Below are positions 62,490 to 64,000 of a stretch of 64,000 nucleotides of DNA, in pieces (the stretch's first letter is position 1; each line of letters opens with the position of its first letter). Made by a program: the position numbers and the translations under genes. The DNA comes from Haliotis cracherodii (taxonomy: Eukaryota): the NCBI RefSeq assembly GCF_022045235.1, contig NW_027266266.1, forward strand, positions 6,696,001-6,760,000. Direction: 5' to 3'. Under the pieces are notes generated by a model. That model had not been told where the DNA came from. It did not search any database and saw only the letters and a list, made by a program, of their open reading frames with translations.

Positions 62490-64000
62490 TTACTCGGAAA
62501 GGAAAGCCATGTAGCTGTAGCTGTAGATAGAATCTGCTGGACTTGTACACCGCCTGTTCTTCCGCCGAGTCCGTTTTTCTTGGCCTCCGCTGAGGTCCTG
62601 CCTCCATCGCCCGTGGTCGGCGAGTTCCTGCTACCTTTCAGCATCTAGTGTCCGCTGGCAGACGTCTTTTTAAGCGTAGGTGGAGACGCCAAGGTGCCAT
62701 TTTGCCGAGGTGAGCTTGTCGTACAGGAGGCCCTTCTGGATCATCGCGTCCTTTATATGAAGAAAGTGGCCGAGCCAGCAAAGTCGGCGCTGTTGGAGCT
62801 GTGGGAGAAGATACTGGTGATCGTGGTGCAGGAGAAAACTTCAGTGTTTGTGACTCCCTCCAGCTGATTCCGAGGATGCGCCTTAAGTAGCCACTATTAA
62901 AAGGCGTTTGGTCTCTTTTCTTGTCTGCTGAGAGCAAGCATGCTGTTCTACCACTCTCTTCGTCAGTCTGGCCATGTTTCTGAGTGGGTTGCCAGAGCCG
63001 CGTGTCTGCGAAAAGCATGTCTTTCATGAGGGCTTCTCTGGCATCAGAGGCACTGTCTTGCTTTGAGTACACTGATGGCTTTCTTGATGCCAAAATATGC
63101 CCCAAGGATAAGCTGATGATTGAATGGCCTTGCAGAGCTGCAGCCAGTATATGTTCGTGCATGTTATTGCTGTTACCTGAATTTGGTTCTGGTTGTTCTT
63201 AGAGCTTGCATGGTTGGGGTAGCATTTGTATTCTGTCAGATCTGTGCACCCTTCTCAGTGACAGGGATCAGCTCACAGAAGTGGGCTTCGAGTTTTCCCT
63301 GTTTCTTATAAAGGGCCGCGTGTGCAGTGGCGGCGAGTGTCTCTCAATTGGTCGCAACATTGCTTGACGTTTCCCTTAGGACGTTCTGGAAGCAGAACAT
63401 GATCCAGGGCACCAATAAAGGAGTCCATTCTCTGCAGGTGTGATGTCTTGCTGACGTTGACACGGCTCTGTCCATCTGGCCTGGAGTGGTGCATGAGTCT
63501 GATCATGCATCAGACCATGCATCAGACCAAAGAATGGGCTGTGTCTCAGTCAGCACTGTGGTACGAACGTGTCATGATCACGTTACTGAGGTTACATCGT
63601 CTTGTGATCATCAGGTCTAGATGGTGCTTGGACAGGGGTGACTATAGGACACCTTATGCTGAGGCTTGTCTGGTAGAAGGAATTGATGCTGCACAGAGGT
63701 GTATGCACAGCTCATCAAATTCTGTATTGTCCCAGACCAGCAGGGTCAGCACAACTCTTGAACTGAAGTAGCCAAGCAAGAGCAATAGTTCTATGATACC
63801 TTTGATGGCGGTCTGGAGCTGGTTGCAGAACTCGTCCTTCACCTCCATTGTGGAGCAGAGGATAGGAGCGTACATTCTGATAGACCGATCCGTCAGGCTC
63901 TATCGTTCTGAGGAGTCAGTTCTTGACAGCAAAGCAGATGCCCTGTTTTCCGGTTTAATCACCTACCATTCCACGCAGCGTGGTGAACATTCCAGCATCC
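62490..64000 (-). mobile_element. Decayed RTE-clade LINE, duplicate copy
   Basis: MYAPILCSTMEVKDEF... and FNSGYLRRILGISW in the ORF track. Confidence 0.75.

Larger units (their letters stand above)
57656..64000 (+). repeat. Tandem segmental duplication of ~45600-52982 (copy B; runs off the window)
   Basis: Collinear matches of exons, introns and the RTE and Penelope-like remnants; offsets of 10.4-12.1 kb vary because of copy-specific indels. Confidence 0.9.

Overview
Repeat-rich, intron-containing animal genomic DNA with two assembly gaps. A mollusc, possibly a gastropod, is my inference from the SINE/MITE content and the chitin-binding genes. Genes reconstructed by hand with phase-consistent splice sites: (1) a 12-exon minus-strand testis-specific Ser/Thr kinase (TSSK5-like, about 686 aa, 26813->6478) with two perfect CRE palindromes just upstream; (2) a single-coding-exon GT11 alpha-1,2-fucosyltransferase (34961-35956); (3) a tandem cluster of small secreted proteins with two peritrophin-A/CBM14 chitin-binding domains (two complete 4-exon genes plus a third partial copy inside a ~12 kb tandem duplication). 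The rest is four SINE-like families, several MITE families, decayed RTE and Penelope-like retroelements and tandem repeats. Most striking: a ~3 kb array of ~58 x 53 bp units in kinase intron 3, each a copy of the exon-3 end plus its 5' splice donor at the HR/D catalytic codon; and a 715 bp element with terminal inverted repeats (TIRs) and an 8 bp target-site duplication (TSD) that carries a Pif1-helicase fragment.
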